DNA of 64,000 bases from Candidatus Magasanikbacteria bacterium RIFCSPHIGHO2_01_FULL_33_34 (GCA_001782825.1 MFPS01000009.1:122102-186101), one strand, 5' to 3'. Counted from the stretch's first letter, positions 1 through 10,517 are shown. Numbers and translations are program-made. Notes: generated by a model not told the origin, from the sequence alone.

Positions 1-145
1 CCCCATTTCCACAGCCAATCTCCAAGATACTTTTACCTAATATCAATTTAACCAATTTACTAATTAGATTGGCATTTCTAAAATCATTATCTAGTTCATC
101 TAGATCATTATAAATCTCAGCTAATTTTTTATCAGTATTTTCCAT
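1..145 (-). CDS. Class I SAM-dependent methyltransferase, N-terminal part (runs off the window)
   Basis: Not in the ORF track. Manual translation from ATG 145 gives MENTDKKLAEIYNDLDELDNDFRNANLISKLVKLILGKSILEIGCGNG, ending in SAM motif I (ILEIGCGNG). Confidence 0.8.
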   Translation of the reverse strand, partial: MENTDKKLAEIYNDLDELDNDFRNANLISKLVKLILGKSILEIGCGNG

Positions 146-266
146 ATAATATTTATCAATATACCAAGAAAATGATCATAAGTCTATATAAACCAATAAA
201 TCATAAAAATCATTGAAAAAAATACCAATAAATGATAATCTACTATTAAACTCAAAGAAAAATCAC

Positions 267-887
267 ATGAATTTAATAAATTTACTCAAAAAAATCCCCC
301 TAGACCTCGGTCAAGGCAACCTAAGAACAACCACAAAAGGCAAGCTAATTGCCTTAAATTTAATTTCTGATGGCCATAACAAAACGGCAATAGATATAGG
401 GTGTAGAGAAGGTGCACAATCAAAATGGCTTGAAAACAAAGGTTATACTGTAACCTCTGTAGATATAGAAAAAGTGTATGAAAAATGCATTATAGTTGAT
501 GTCAATAAACCCTTGCCTTACCAAACAGAAAGTTTTGACTTAATTTGGTGTAGTGAAGTTATTGAACATTTGGATAATCCTGAATTTACCACAAATGAAT
601 TCAGAAGAATCCTAAAACCTAGTGGATCAATGATACTCACAACCCCAAACAGTTATTTTTGGTTACAAATACTGATGAGTATGTTTGGACTAACACCTCA
701 AAAAGTTCAGCGTGATGATCATAAGTTTTTCTTTGATATACATGACATTAAAAAACTTTTTCCAAAAGCAAAGTTATTTGGTTTCTTTCCATATTTTATA
801 TTAAAATTCACAATTACATCTCTACCTTTTATTGGTTTCCTGTCCCCTACATTTGTAATCCACGAAATTAAAGAACAGAATAATTAA
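267..887 (+). CDS. Class I SAM-dependent methyltransferase (Methyltransf_11-like)
   Basis: IDIGCREG motif I, FDLIWCSEVIEH, RILKPSG...TTPN. ATG 267 preferred to the TTG at 213. Confidence 0.85.
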   Translation: MNLINLLKKIPLDLGQGNLRTTTKGKLIALNLISDGHNKTAIDIGCREGAQSKWLENKGYTVTSVDIEKVYEKCIIVDVNKPLPYQTESFDLIWCSEVIEHLDNPEFTTNEFRRILKPSGSMILTTPNSYFWLQILMSMFGLTPQKVQRDDHKFFFDIHDIKKLFPKAKLFGFFPYFILKFTITSLPFIGFLSPTFVIHEIKEQNN

Positions 888-889
888 AT

Positions 890-1831
890 ATGAAAATCTC
901 CATTATAGTGCCAGTTTATAATGAAAAAGAAAATCTTGATATATTTTTGGAAGAATTGCAATTTTCTTTTACAAAACAAGAGGTTGAAAAAGAAGTGATT
1001 TTTATTGATGATGGCTCAACTGATGGCAGTACAAAAATCATAAAAAAACTTACAGAAAGTGATCCATCAGTAAAAGCGATTATTTTCAAAATTAATCATG
1101 GTCAAACAGCAGCTATGTCTGCTGGCATAAAATTTGCAACCGGAGATATTATTATACCAATGGATGCTGATCTACAAAATGACCCTGCAGATATTTGGCC
1201 ATTGGTTGATAAACTAAATGAAGGCTATGATCTAGTATCTGGTTGGCGCAAAAATCGCAAGGATAAATTTATCAGCAGAAGACTACCTTCTATACTTGCA
1301 AACAAACTAATATCCTATGTTACTGATGTCAATCTTCATGATTATGGCTGTACCATCAAGGCTTACAAAAAAAATATAATTGATGATGTAAATTTGTATG
1401 GTGAAATGCATCGTTTTATCCCTATATATATCAAACAACTCGGTGGCAAAATAACAGAAATAGTCGTCAATCACCGAGAAAGAAAATATGGCAAATCAAA
1501 ATATGGCATTGGACGAGTATCCAGAGTAATGTTAGATCTTCTTGTAGTAAAATTTTTAAATAACTATATTACCAAACCAATCCATTTCTTTGGTGGCGCC
1601 GGAGTTCTTTCATTCTTACTCGGTATGGCATCCTTTACAATTGCTTTGGTTTTGAAATTTAGTGGCTATGCATCCCTAAACAGAACCCCTCTACCATTAA
1701 TCGGAGTATTCTTTTCTTTGATTGGCTTCCAATTAATATTGATGGGATTGCTTGCAGAAATAATAATGAGAAATTATTTTGAATCAAATAATAAAACAAC
1801 CTACTTAATTAAAGAAAAATTAAATCTTTAA
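890..1831 (+). CDS. Glycosyltransferase family 2 (polyprenol-phosphate glycosyltransferase, ArnC/Dpm1-like)
   Basis: SIIVPVYNE, IDDGSTD, MDADLQNDP, two C-terminal TM helices. Confidence 0.9.
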   Translation: MKISIIVPVYNEKENLDIFLEELQFSFTKQEVEKEVIFIDDGSTDGSTKIIKKLTESDPSVKAIIFKINHGQTAAMSAGIKFATGDIIIPMDADLQNDPADIWPLVDKLNEGYDLVSGWRKNRKDKFISRRLPSILANKLISYVTDVNLHDYGCTIKAYKKNIIDDVNLYGEMHRFIPIYIKQLGGKITEIVVNHRERKYGKSKYGIGRVSRVMLDLLVVKFLNNYITKPIHFFGGAGVLSFLLGMASFTIALVLKFSGYASLNRTPLPLIGVFFSLIGFQLILMGLLAEIIMRNYFESNNKTTYLIKEKLNL

Positions 1832-1872
1832 TTTTTAAAAAAGTGATAATTATCACTTTTGCTGAACTCTCT

Positions 1873-3153
1873 ATGACCTCAAGATTATTTAAATTAATAA
1901 AATCAAAAGAATTTTTAGTTTTTATAATTGCTTTTTTTATCATCACCATCTTCCAAACCAATTTTATTACCGATCTATCAGCTTCACGCATAATGACTAT
2001 TCAAGCCTTGATTGAACACAATACTTTTGCTATTGATGATATTGAATTTTTTAAAACTATAGACAAAATTTACTACAATGGTCATTTTTATTCTTCCAAA
2101 CCACCTTTTATATCCATAATTGGCGCTGGCGCATATTTTTTGTATAGATTATTTACTGGCAATGAATTTGGTCTACCTGCCTACTTTGTAATAAAATTGT
2201 TTACCGTTATTTTACCATTTTCCCTACTCCTTCTCTTCTTCTACAAATCACTTCAATGGCAAGACATACCAAAAACTATCAGATTTATTATTCCATTCTT
2301 ACTTGGTTTTGCGACAATTTTATTTCCTTATTCTGTAATATTACAAAACCATACAATGTCTACTTTTTTAATTTTCTTGAGCTTTTACTGCATACTAAAA
2401 AATAAATTAAATGGTTACAAAAAATATTTAATTTTTTTGTCAGGCCTATTTGCCTCATTATCTGTCACAACAGAATTTGTTCAATCATCATTAATTCTCT
2501 TTGTATTTTCCCTTTATTTAATTTTTACTTTGAAACAAAAAAGTGATATAAAATGGTTTTTGTTAGGATGCGCGCCAATCGCTATTTTATATATTATCTA
2601 CAATTTACATACAAACGGTTCATTTTTACCACCCTACGCAAATTTTGATTCTCTTTATGGTTATGAAGATTCCTATTGGAAAAATCCTACTGGCATTGAT
2701 GCCTATGATCACCCAAAATGGTTATACTTTTTTAATATTCTTTTTGGCACCCATGGTTTATTCATCTATAGTCCTATTCTTATTTTTGGTTTTATTGGGC
2801 TATACAAAACTATCAAAGACAAGACCAATCAATTACATGATATTGCCATAATGCTTGGTGCGTCTATTGTCCTTGTAATATTTATGATCGGTTTTTTTAC
2901 CTACAACTATGGTGGCACCACATTTGGTATGCGTTGGCTTATTATTATCTACCCATTAATCATGTTTTTTATGGCAACCACCATTTCAAAAATTAAAAAA
3001 CCGCAGTATATTATAATTTTGTCTTTTATAATCATATTGAGCATATTATTAAATTACTCTGGTATGCACCACAAATGGTTTTTAACCGAATTTACAATAA
3101 ATGGTATTCAAATGGCCTCTCCACTGCTGGATATTATTAGAATTAATTTTTAA
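1873..3153 (+). CDS. Multi-pass membrane protein, probable GT-C fold glycosyltransferase
   Basis: About 10 TM segments; loop motifs FYSSKPP, HGLFIYSP, FGMRW; directly follows a GT2. Confidence 0.6.
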   Translation: MTSRLFKLIKSKEFLVFIIAFFIITIFQTNFITDLSASRIMTIQALIEHNTFAIDDIEFFKTIDKIYYNGHFYSSKPPFISIIGAGAYFLYRLFTGNEFGLPAYFVIKLFTVILPFSLLLLFFYKSLQWQDIPKTIRFIIPFLLGFATILFPYSVILQNHTMSTFLIFLSFYCILKNKLNGYKKYLIFLSGLFASLSVTTEFVQSSLILFVFSLYLIFTLKQKSDIKWFLLGCAPIAILYIIYNLHTNGSFLPPYANFDSLYGYEDSYWKNPTGIDAYDHPKWLYFFNILFGTHGLFIYSPILIFGFIGLYKTIKDKTNQLHDIAIMLGASIVLVIFMIGFFTYNYGGTTFGMRWLIIIYPLIMFFMATTISKIKKPQYIIILSFIIILSILLNYSGMHHKWFLTEFTINGIQMASPLLDIIRINF

Positions 3154-3246
3154 TTTATTACCATTGAAAAAACTATCGCAAAATGATATTCTATAATAAC
3201 TTATATAAAAAATATAGAATTAATTATAGTATAACAAAAGTTTGAT

Positions 3247-3347
3247 AATTATCTTTTTTACGGATTTGGTTGTCACAACAGACAACCACCTCGGAGCCAC
3301 AGCGAGAATCCTGCCTGCCGGCAGGCAGGGAGTAAAAACAAATAATT
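3247..3347. repeat. Dispersed structured element, copy 1 (chimeric arms, 20-bp palindrome inserted at 3310-3329)
   Basis: Core TTTTTACGGATTTGGTTGTCACAACAGACAACCACCTCGGAGCCACAGCGAGAAT[insert]GAGTAAAAA matches copies at 19.5, 22.5 and 23.9 kb. Confidence 0.9.
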
Positions 3348-3405
3348 GAAATTAATGAAATCATGATTGAAAATATAAACAAAACTATTCTAGTTTACAA
3401 ATCAT

Positions 3406-4353
3406 ATGAAAAAAAACATACTCCTATCTGGCTCACTCGCATACGACTATATAATGGACTTTCCAGATAGCTTCAAAAACCATATCCTTCCTGATCACCT
3501 ACATATATTAAATGTATGTTTTATGGTTGACAAATTAGAAAAAAACTATGGTGGTACAGCCGGTAATATTGCTTACAACATAAAATTGCTTGGCGGTGAA
3601 CCATTGATCTTATGTCCTCTAGGCAAAGATGGTGATGACTACAAAAAATACCTAAAAAATCTGAATATCAATACAAACTACATATCAGAAACAAAAGAAA
3701 AAATGACTAGCGCTGCCCATATCACCACTGACAAAGACAACAACCAAATCACTGCCTTTTACAATGGGGCTCTTGCTGAAGCTACCAAATTAAATATATC
3801 TGATATCAAAGATGAATTTGATATAGTCCTAATTTCCCCTACCCAAAAAGAAGCCATGATAAAACATGCGCACGAATGTTATGATCAAAAAATTAAATTT
3901 GTGTTTGATCCAGGTCAACAAATAACGGCCTTTGACCAGCAAGAAATGTTGATGATGCTCGGTATGGCAAATTTCCTTATTGCTAACGATTATGAAATCA
4001 AATTAATTGCCAATATAACCAATCTAACAGAACAAGATATTATAAAAAAAGTAGATATAATGATAAAAACTCTTGGCAGTGATGGCTCGGTTATTTATAC
4101 AAAAGATGAACTAATCAAGATAAATCCATGTCCAGCTAATTCAGTAGAAGATCCAACTGGCGCGGGAGACGCATATCGGGCAGGATTTTTTACAGCTCTA
4201 TCCCAAGACCGTGACTATGAAACTTGTGGACAGATTGCTAGTGTTTCAGCCACTTATGCTATTGAACAATACGGTACTCAAAATCATACTTATAACAAAA
4301 AAGGATTTGAGGAAAGATTTTTTAATACTTATAATAAAAAAATAATTTTGTAA
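3406..4353 (+). CDS. PfkB-family carbohydrate kinase, probably adenosine kinase
   Basis: GSLAYDYIM.FP, GGTAGNIAY, FDPGQQ, DPTGAGDAYRAG; near ahcY. Confidence 0.85.
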   Translation: MKKNILLSGSLAYDYIMDFPDSFKNHILPDHLHILNVCFMVDKLEKNYGGTAGNIAYNIKLLGGEPLILCPLGKDGDDYKKYLKNLNINTNYISETKEKMTSAAHITTDKDNNQITAFYNGALAEATKLNISDIKDEFDIVLISPTQKEAMIKHAHECYDQKIKFVFDPGQQITAFDQQEMLMMLGMANFLIANDYEIKLIANITNLTEQDIIKKVDIMIKTLGSDGSVIYTKDELIKINPCPANSVEDPTGAGDAYRAGFFTALSQDRDYETCGQIASVSATYAIEQYGTQNHTYNKKGFEERFFNTYNKKIIL

Positions 4354-4354
4354 T

Positions 4355-5311
4355 ATGTTAATCCCAATCATTTTAATCATAATTGGACTTACTATTCTAA
4401 TTATAGGTGGTGAGCTAGTAGTGCGCGGTTCAGCTTCTATAGCAAAAAAATTAGGTGTCAAACCGATTGTTATTGGTTTAACTGTAGTAGCTTTTGGCAC
4501 TTCTGCCCCTGAATTAGTTGTAAATATATTCTCAGCTTTAAGAGGCACACCTGATATTGCTATTGGGAATGTGGTGGGCAGTAATATTGCCAATATTTTA
4601 TTAATCCTTGGTATCTGTGCCTTAATTAGACCACTAAAAGTATCTATAGGCACAGTTTGGAAAGAAGTCCCACTGGCACTACTTGCTGTAATTTTAATTT
4701 TATTTTTGGGTAATGATGCTTTTACTGATGGTATGAATTTTAATTTATTATCTCGTACAGACGGTTTTGCCTTAATTGCATTTTTTATTATATTTTTATA
4801 TTATACTTTTGGTATTTCCAAAGTTGAAAATAAAGGAAGTGAAGAAATTGCCAAATATTCTTGGACTATTTCTATCCTTTTAACCTTGTTGGGTTTTGCT
4901 GGATTAGTTTTGGGTGGAAAACTGCTGATTGATAATGCCATAATTTTGGCTACAATTGCTGGTATGTCTGAGGCTCTGATTGGTCTCACTATAGTAGCGA
5001 TAGGGACTTCCCTACCAGAACTGGTCACCTCGCTGATTGCCGTTCGTCACGGCCACGATGATATTGCTATTGGCAACATTGTTGGCTCTAATATTTTTAA
5101 TATATTTTGGATTTTAGGCCTAACAGCAACCTTACTACCACTACCATTTAACCCAGCAGTAAATTTGGACATTGCCATAAATATTTTTGCTACTTTATTA
5201 TTATTTATTTTCATGTTTATACATAGCCGACACAAACTTAATCGCTGGCAAGGTGGTTTAATGTTACTATCATATATAGCTTATATTATATATTTAATTT
5301 ACCGTGGTTAA
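4355..5311 (+). CDS. Calcium/sodium antiporter (CaCA family, YrbG-like)
   Basis: Two alpha repeats: GLTVVAFGTSAPE...GNVVGSNI and GLTIVAIGTSLPE...GNIVGSNI. Confidence 0.92.
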   Translation: MLIPIILIIIGLTILIIGGELVVRGSASIAKKLGVKPIVIGLTVVAFGTSAPELVVNIFSALRGTPDIAIGNVVGSNIANILLILGICALIRPLKVSIGTVWKEVPLALLAVILILFLGNDAFTDGMNFNLLSRTDGFALIAFFIIFLYYTFGISKVENKGSEEIAKYSWTISILLTLLGFAGLVLGGKLLIDNAIILATIAGMSEALIGLTIVAIGTSLPELVTSLIAVRHGHDDIAIGNIVGSNIFNIFWILGLTATLLPLPFNPAVNLDIAINIFATLLLFIFMFIHSRHKLNRWQGGLMLLSYIAYIIYLIYRG

Positions 5312-5316
5312 ATTCT

Positions 5317-5895
5317 ATGTGGAATTGGATAAAAAAATACCCTTACAGCTTAATCTTTATATTATCAATTATCCTTGCAATTATTTTATATTTTCTAGGA
5401 ATAATAGACTTGATAGTTTTAACTTTAGGGCCACTTGGTTATATAGGCGCTTTTTTAGCCGGGATGTTTTTTTCTACAAGTTTTGGCGGAGCAATAGGCG
5501 CATTATTCTTATTAGATTTAGGAGCCACTCTTAACCCTTATTTAGTAATAATATTAGGTGGTTTAGGAGCTATGTCTATGGACTTATTAATCTACAAATT
5601 AATAAAAGATCATCTTTTTCAAGAAATAAAAATTGGCCTTGCCTTTCTTGTTACAAACAAAAACAGAGAAAAACTAGAGTTGATATCTAGAAAAAGATTT
5701 TTTTTATGGGGCGTGCCATTTCTAGCCAGCTTTTTTATTGCATCGCCTTTGCCGGATGAAATTGGTGTATCACTATTTAGCATAATCAATTTTAAACCAA
5801 AATATCTCTCTGTTATTACTTTCATATTAAATACTTTAGGTATTTTTATTATAGTAATGCTAGGACACTCGGTAATCAATTTAAATCAATTATAA
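5317..5895 (+). CDS. Membrane protein (possibly DedA/VTT-like)
   Basis: Hydrophobic 192 aa ORF with SPLPDE motif, tightly packed in the operon. Confidence 0.6.
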   Translation: MWNWIKKYPYSLIFILSIILAIILYFLGIIDLIVLTLGPLGYIGAFLAGMFFSTSFGGAIGALFLLDLGATLNPYLVIILGGLGAMSMDLLIYKLIKDHLFQEIKIGLAFLVTNKNREKLELISRKRFFLWGVPFLASFFIASPLPDEIGVSLFSIINFKPKYLSVITFILNTLGIFIIVMLGHSVINLNQL

Positions 5896-5908
5896 TTTAA
5901 AATTAAAT

Positions 5909-7309
5909 ATGAATTACAAAGTAAAAGATCTTAATTTATCTGATTGGGGAAGAAAAGAAATTTCAATTGCCGAGCACGAAATGCCCGGCCTTATGTCTCT
6001 GCGTGAAAAATACTCCAATGAAAAACCCCTCAAAGATGTAAAAATAATGGGTTCACTTCACATGACTATCCAGACCGCAGTATTGATTGAAACATTGGTA
6101 GAACTGGGTGCAGAAGTACGCTGGGCTAGTTGTAATATATTTTCTACCCAAGATCACGCAGCCGCAGCCATTGCCAAAGTTGGTATACCAGTATTTGCTT
6201 GGAAAGGTGAAAATCTAGAAGAATATTGGTGGTGTACTGAGCGCGCTCTTGATTTTGGTGAAGGAGTTGGTCCTGATATGATAGTAGACGATGGATCTGA
6301 TGCCACTTTACTTGTTCACAAAGGAGTTGAAATTGAAGCCAATCCAACTATTCTTGAAGAGGATTACACTAACAAGGGAGAAGATATGCGAGAATTAATG
6401 AAACTCCTCAAAACAGAATTCAACAAAAATCCAAAACGCTGGACTAATGTATCCAAGAAAATAAAAGGTGTTTCAGAAGAAACCACAACCGGCGTTCACC
6501 GACTCTACCAACTCCACAAAGAAAACAAATTGCTCTTCCCTGCCATCAATGTTAATGACTCTGTTACAAAAAGCAAATTTGATAATGTCTATGGTTGTCG
6601 TCACTCTGTAATTGATGGACTCAACCGCGCCCTAGATGTCATGCTCGGTGGCAAGACTGCAGTTATTTGTGGTTATGGTGATGTTGGCAAAGGCTGTGCC
6701 CAAGCACTCAAAGGACAAGGCTGTCGCGTAATTGTCACAGAGATTGATCCTATCTGCGCCCTTCAAGCAACTATGGAAGGACACGAGGTCACAACCGTTG
6801 AAGACACACTCGGTCGAGCTGATATTTATGTGACAACTACTGGCAACAAAGATATTATCCGAGTTGAACATATGGAAAAAATGAAAGATCAAGCAGTAGT
6901 TTGTAATATTGGCCACTTTGATAATGAAATCCAAATTGAACCATTAAACGCTCGCGCTGATATCAAAAAATTAAATATAAAACCCCAAGTAGACAAATAC
7001 ACTTTCCCCTCAGGCAATGAAATTTTCATGCTAGCAGAAGGAAGACTGATGAATCTAGGTTGTGCCACCGGCCACCCAAGTTTTGTAATGAGCAATTCCT
7101 TTACCAATCAAGTCCTAGCCCAACTAGAATTATGGAAAAACAATTATGAAATTGGCGTCCACACATTACCAAAAAAACTAGACGAAGAAGTCGCTCGATT
7201 ACACCTCGCAAAGATTGGAGTCAAACTAACCAAGCTTAACCAAGAGCAAGCTGATTATCTAGGTATAAAAATTGAAGGTCCATACAAACCAGATCATTAC
7301 CGATACTAA
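5909..7309 (+). CDS. ahcY: Adenosylhomocysteinase (SAH hydrolase)
   Basis: [48 protein letters not shown]-terminal PYKPDHYRY. Confidence 0.98.
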   Translation: MNYKVKDLNLSDWGRKEISIAEHEMPGLMSLREKYSNEKPLKDVKIMGSLHMTIQTAVLIETLVELGAEVRWASCNIFSTQDHAAAAIAKVGIPVFAWKGENLEEYWWCTERALDFGEGVGPDMIVDDGSDATLLVHKGVEIEANPTILEEDYTNKGEDMRELMKLLKTEFNKNPKRWTNVSKKIKGVSEETTTGVHRLYQLHKENKLLFPAINVNDSVTKSKFDNVYGCRHSVIDGLNRALDVMLGGKTAVICGYGDVGKGCAQALKGQGCRVIVTEIDPICALQATMEGHEVTTVEDTLGRADIYVTTTGNKDIIRVEHMEKMKDQAVVCNIGHFDNEIQIEPLNARADIKKLNIKPQVDKYTFPSGNEIFMLAEGRLMNLGCATGHPSFVMSNSFTNQVLAQLELWKNNYEIGVHTLPKKLDEEVARLHLAKIGVKLTKLNQEQADYLGIKIEGPYKPDHYRY

Positions 7310-7346
7310 ATCAAAAGACCGTCCATACAAGACGGTTTTTTGATTT
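7308..7346 (+). terminator. Intrinsic terminator after ahcY
   Basis: AAATCAAAAGACCGTC-loop-GACGGTTTTTTGATTT. Confidence 0.75.
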
Positions 7347-7451
7347 ATATAATTAAATTTAATTATATTACTATTGACAAAAATATTATTTTGTGATTAT
7401 ATTGATTTACTCTTTAACCGAAATTTCCTCGGCAGAGCAAAGGGGTTTAAA

Positions 7452-7676
7452 ATGCCAAACATCAGAACCGTTGAAGTTCACATCAAAAACGAAGTGATCG
7501 ATACAATACGAGCAATACAACAAAGAACAATGCTAGTTGGCATAGATTCCGACATCCTCCGCCAGGGGGCATATCTCCTGCTGGAGGTGTTGCAAAAAAG
7601 CCAAAACGGAAACTCGGTTTCCGTTTCGATGGATCAATACGGCTCCTTCTCAGTGGAGCCCATTCCAAAACCCTAA
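7452..7676 (+). CDS. Small hypothetical protein (74 aa), GC-richer than its neighbours
   Basis: ATG 7452 preceded by AGGGG RBS and TTGACA (7374); followed by hairpins. Confidence 0.6.
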   Translation: MPNIRTVEVHIKNEVIDTIRAIQQRTMLVGIDSDILRQGAYLLLEVLQKSQNGNSVSVSMDQYGSFSVEPIPKP

Positions 7677-7815
7677 CCACACCCCCGACCACAGACCGCC
7701 TCGGCATCTGTACTGGTCGGGGTCAAACAAAAGCAACTCATAATGGGTTGTTTTTGTTTTATTTATTTTGAATAATCATCTTGAAAAATTACTCCAAATA
7801 TGCTATGCTCTAGAT

Positions 7816-8370
7816 ATGAAAAAAGCTAAATTTGGAAAATTAAAACCTAAATACAAAGGAAAAATATTCTCAATCTCACAAAGAGAAATAACTTTTCCTG
7901 ATGGAGTAACCGAAACTTATGAATACTGCAAACGCGCACCAAGTGTCAGTGTTTTGGCTTTTAATGAAAAAAATGAAATCTTGATGATAAAAGAGCGTCG
8001 ACATGGTTACCATAAAAATATATGGTTTTTGCCTGGTGGCCGAGCTGATCAACCAAAAGATACTCCCCGCACAGCTGCTCTACGAGAACTAGAGGAAGAG
8101 GCCGGTTACAAAGCCAAACAAATAAAAATGATCCACAAAAAATCTCCTAGTAATACTTTGTTATGGGATATATACATTTTTTATGCCACCGACCTAAAAT
8201 TTGTGGGGAATCACCCCGAACGAGGTGAACATATTGAGAGTACTCAATTTATCCCATTTAAAAAGGCCGTAAAAATGGCGCTGGATGGTACGATTGAAAA
8301 TGAATTTATCTCTTACAATATAATCCGTTTTGACCAAATGCTCAAAAATAAAAAATTTAAAATAAAATAA
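7816..8370 (+). CDS. NUDIX hydrolase (ADP-ribose pyrophosphatase-like)
   Basis: Nudix box PGGRADQPKDTPRTAALRELEEEAG. Confidence 0.88.
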   Translation: MKKAKFGKLKPKYKGKIFSISQREITFPDGVTETYEYCKRAPSVSVLAFNEKNEILMIKERRHGYHKNIWFLPGGRADQPKDTPRTAALRELEEEAGYKAKQIKMIHKKSPSNTLLWDIYIFYATDLKFVGNHPERGEHIESTQFIPFKKAVKMALDGTIENEFISYNIIRFDQMLKNKKFKIK

Positions 8371-8372
8371 TT

Positions 8373-9119
8373 ATGGAAGTACGATTACAAAAACAAATGG
8401 CTGACTTGGGAATATGCTCTCGTAGAAAAGCAGAAATTTTGATTGCTGAAGGCAAAGTAAAAGTAAATGGTAAAATCATAAAAAAACTTGGAACAAAAGT
8501 AAATTCTGAAAAAGATAAAATTGAAGTTATAGACACAAAAATAAAAACAAATGTAGACAATAAAACCAAAGTATATATTGCGCTAAACAAACCAATAGAC
8601 TATATCAGCTCAGCTAGCAATGAACAAGGTCAAACAGTTTTAGACTTATTGAATCCAGAAAACAATGTTGGAAAATTCAAAAAACTACTAACTGCTCGCG
8701 TATATCCTGTAGGCAGATTAGACAAAGATTCTGAAGGTTTGATTCTACTCACCAATGATGGTGAACTGACAAATGAACTCACCCACCCTAGCAATGAACA
8801 CGAAAAAGAATATGAAGTGATTATCAATCATCCATTATCCCGTGATTCCAAAAAAGTGTTAGAATCTGGAATGAATGTTGATGGTGAACATTATAACGGT
8901 ATAGAAGTAAAAAAAGAATTCAACAAAGGCAGACAAACAATTGTAACTGTTGTGCTAAAAGAAGGAAAAAATAGACAAATTAGAAAAATGTTTGGACGAC
9001 TTGGTTACAATGTCTCAACTCTACGACGTATACGACTAGGTAAATTAAAACTAGGAACATTACCTATTGGTAAATGGAAACTTGTCAAAAAAGAAGATAT
9101 TATATATAATAAATTGTAA
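8373..9119 (+). CDS. rRNA pseudouridine synthase, RsuA/RluB family
   Basis: S4 domain (RLQK...SRRKAE), NKP, VGRLDKDSEGL, EGKNRQIRKM. Confidence 0.93.
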   Translation: MEVRLQKQMADLGICSRRKAEILIAEGKVKVNGKIIKKLGTKVNSEKDKIEVIDTKIKTNVDNKTKVYIALNKPIDYISSASNEQGQTVLDLLNPENNVGKFKKLLTARVYPVGRLDKDSEGLILLTNDGELTNELTHPSNEHEKEYEVIINHPLSRDSKKVLESGMNVDGEHYNGIEVKKEFNKGRQTIVTVVLKEGKNRQIRKMFGRLGYNVSTLRRIRLGKLKLGTLPIGKWKLVKKEDIIYNKL

Positions 9120-9142
9120 TATTATTTTTAACAATAAAATAT

Positions 9143-9355
9143 ATGAATGGAGAAAAATTTGAAGGTCTAAGTAACTTATCCGAAGAAGAACTAAACAACG
9201 CAATTAACGCACCAATAGCAGAAGCTGGCGCAGAACATGAAAATCCAGATAAATTAGAAGGCTTAACAGATGAAGATGTTGGTGCCGGTCTAAGCGATTT
9301 AGAAATGGATAGACAACAAGATGCAAATGAAAGAGAAGATGAAGAAACTAGTTAG
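9143..9355 (+). CDS. Small acidic hypothetical protein
   Basis: 70 aa ORF with an internal repeat (KFEGLS/KLEGLT), followed by a terminator. Confidence 0.6.
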   Translation: MNGEKFEGLSNLSEEELNNAINAPIAEAGAEHENPDKLEGLTDEDVGAGLSDLEMDRQQDANEREDEETS

Positions 9356-9364
9356 AAAAATTAT

Positions 9365-9400
9365 ATAACAACCCCCGTTTTTGCGGGGGTTTGTTATTTT
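9365..9400 (+). terminator. Intrinsic terminator
   Basis: ATAACAACCCCCG-loop-CGGGGGTTTGTTATTTT. Confidence 0.7.
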
Positions 9401-9449
9401 GTAATAAAAAATGCTATAATAGTATTATTAGCTTTTCAAAATTTTTAAT

Positions 9450-10517
9450 ATGCCAACCAAAAACAACATGAGTTTTGACAAATTACGCTCAGCCATTTTT
9501 TTAGGCTTTGTGGCAATTTTACTTATAACTTTTTTATATCTTATCAGACCTTTTATATACGCTATTTTTTGGGCCGCTATTATAGCAATTCTATTACACC
9601 CCATTAACAAATTTATCAAAAAATATATTGATATGCCGGCAATCAGTTCACTTATTAGTGTAATATTAGTAATAGTAATTATCTTTTTACCTCTATTTTT
9701 ACTCTCTATTTTACTGGTACAACAATCAGTCCAATTATATATATCATTTGCACAAAATGGTTCAATATTCACCAATGTAGAAGGTCTAACAGCTTGGCTA
9801 CAAAGAACACCAGTAGCGCCATATGTCCAACAAGTCAGCGAACAATGGAGTCAATATGCAGTTAGTGCAGCCAAAAGCATCAGTCTATTCTTATTTAACA
9901 ATATAAAAAGCATTACTCAAAATTCTGTAACATTTCTTTTCATGCTTTTTATAATGTTATATACTCTTTATTATTTCTTCAAAGATGGAGAAAAAATTGC
10001 CAAATATTTATCATTCGTTTCACCCATTGGTGACAAATACGAATTAATGTTTTACACAAAATTCAGAACTACAGCTATATCCACTCTCAAAACCACATTG
10101 ATTATTGGTGGACTTCAAGGAACAATGGGTGGATTATTATTTTGGGCAGTCGGCATAAAAGGCGCTTTTGTTTGGGGAGTAATAATGACAGCACTTTCCT
10201 TGATACCTGCTCTAGGTACATTTATAGTTTGGTTTCCAGCCGCTATCATCATGCTTGCTACAGGTAATATTTGGCAAGGTGTGGTTATATTAGTGATTGG
10301 AACATTCTTGATCAGTACAATTGACAATTTGTTGAGACCAGTGCTGGTTGGCAAAGGCACAGAAATGCACCCACTTATAGTACTCTTTACTACTCTTGGT
10401 GGACTTATACTTTTTGGACTTTCTGGTTTTGTTATCGGGCCAATTGTCGGATCACTATTTTTAGCTACTATGTCAATTTATTCTCATTATTTCAAAACTG
10501 AACTTAGTTCAAACTAA
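9450..10517 (+). CDS. AI-2E family transporter
   Basis: Multi-TM; IDNLLRPVLVG, MHPLIVLFTTLGG...FGLSGFVIGP. Confidence 0.92.
   Translation: MPTKNNMSFDKLRSAIFLGFVAILLITFLYLIRPFIYAIFWAAIIAILLHPINKFIKKYIDMPAISSLISVILVIVIIFLPLFLLSILLVQQSVQLYISFAQNGSIFTNVEGLTAWLQRTPVAPYVQQVSEQWSQYAVSAAKSISLFLFNNIKSITQNSVTFLFMLFIMLYTLYYFFKDGEKIAKYLSFVSPIGDKYELMFYTKFRTTAISTLKTTLIIGGLQGTMGGLLFWAVGIKGAFVWGVIMTALSLIPALGTFIVWFPAAIIMLATGNIWQGVVILVIGTFLISTIDNLLRPVLVGKGTEMHPLIVLFTTLGGLILFGLSGFVIGPIVGSLFLATMSIYSHYFKTELSSN

Noticed and set aside
3247-3347. SAM/SAH riboswitch upstream of the adenosine kinase-ahcY genes
   Set aside because: No SAM-I or SAH consensus is recognisable, and the same element occurs beside unrelated genes in differing relative orientations
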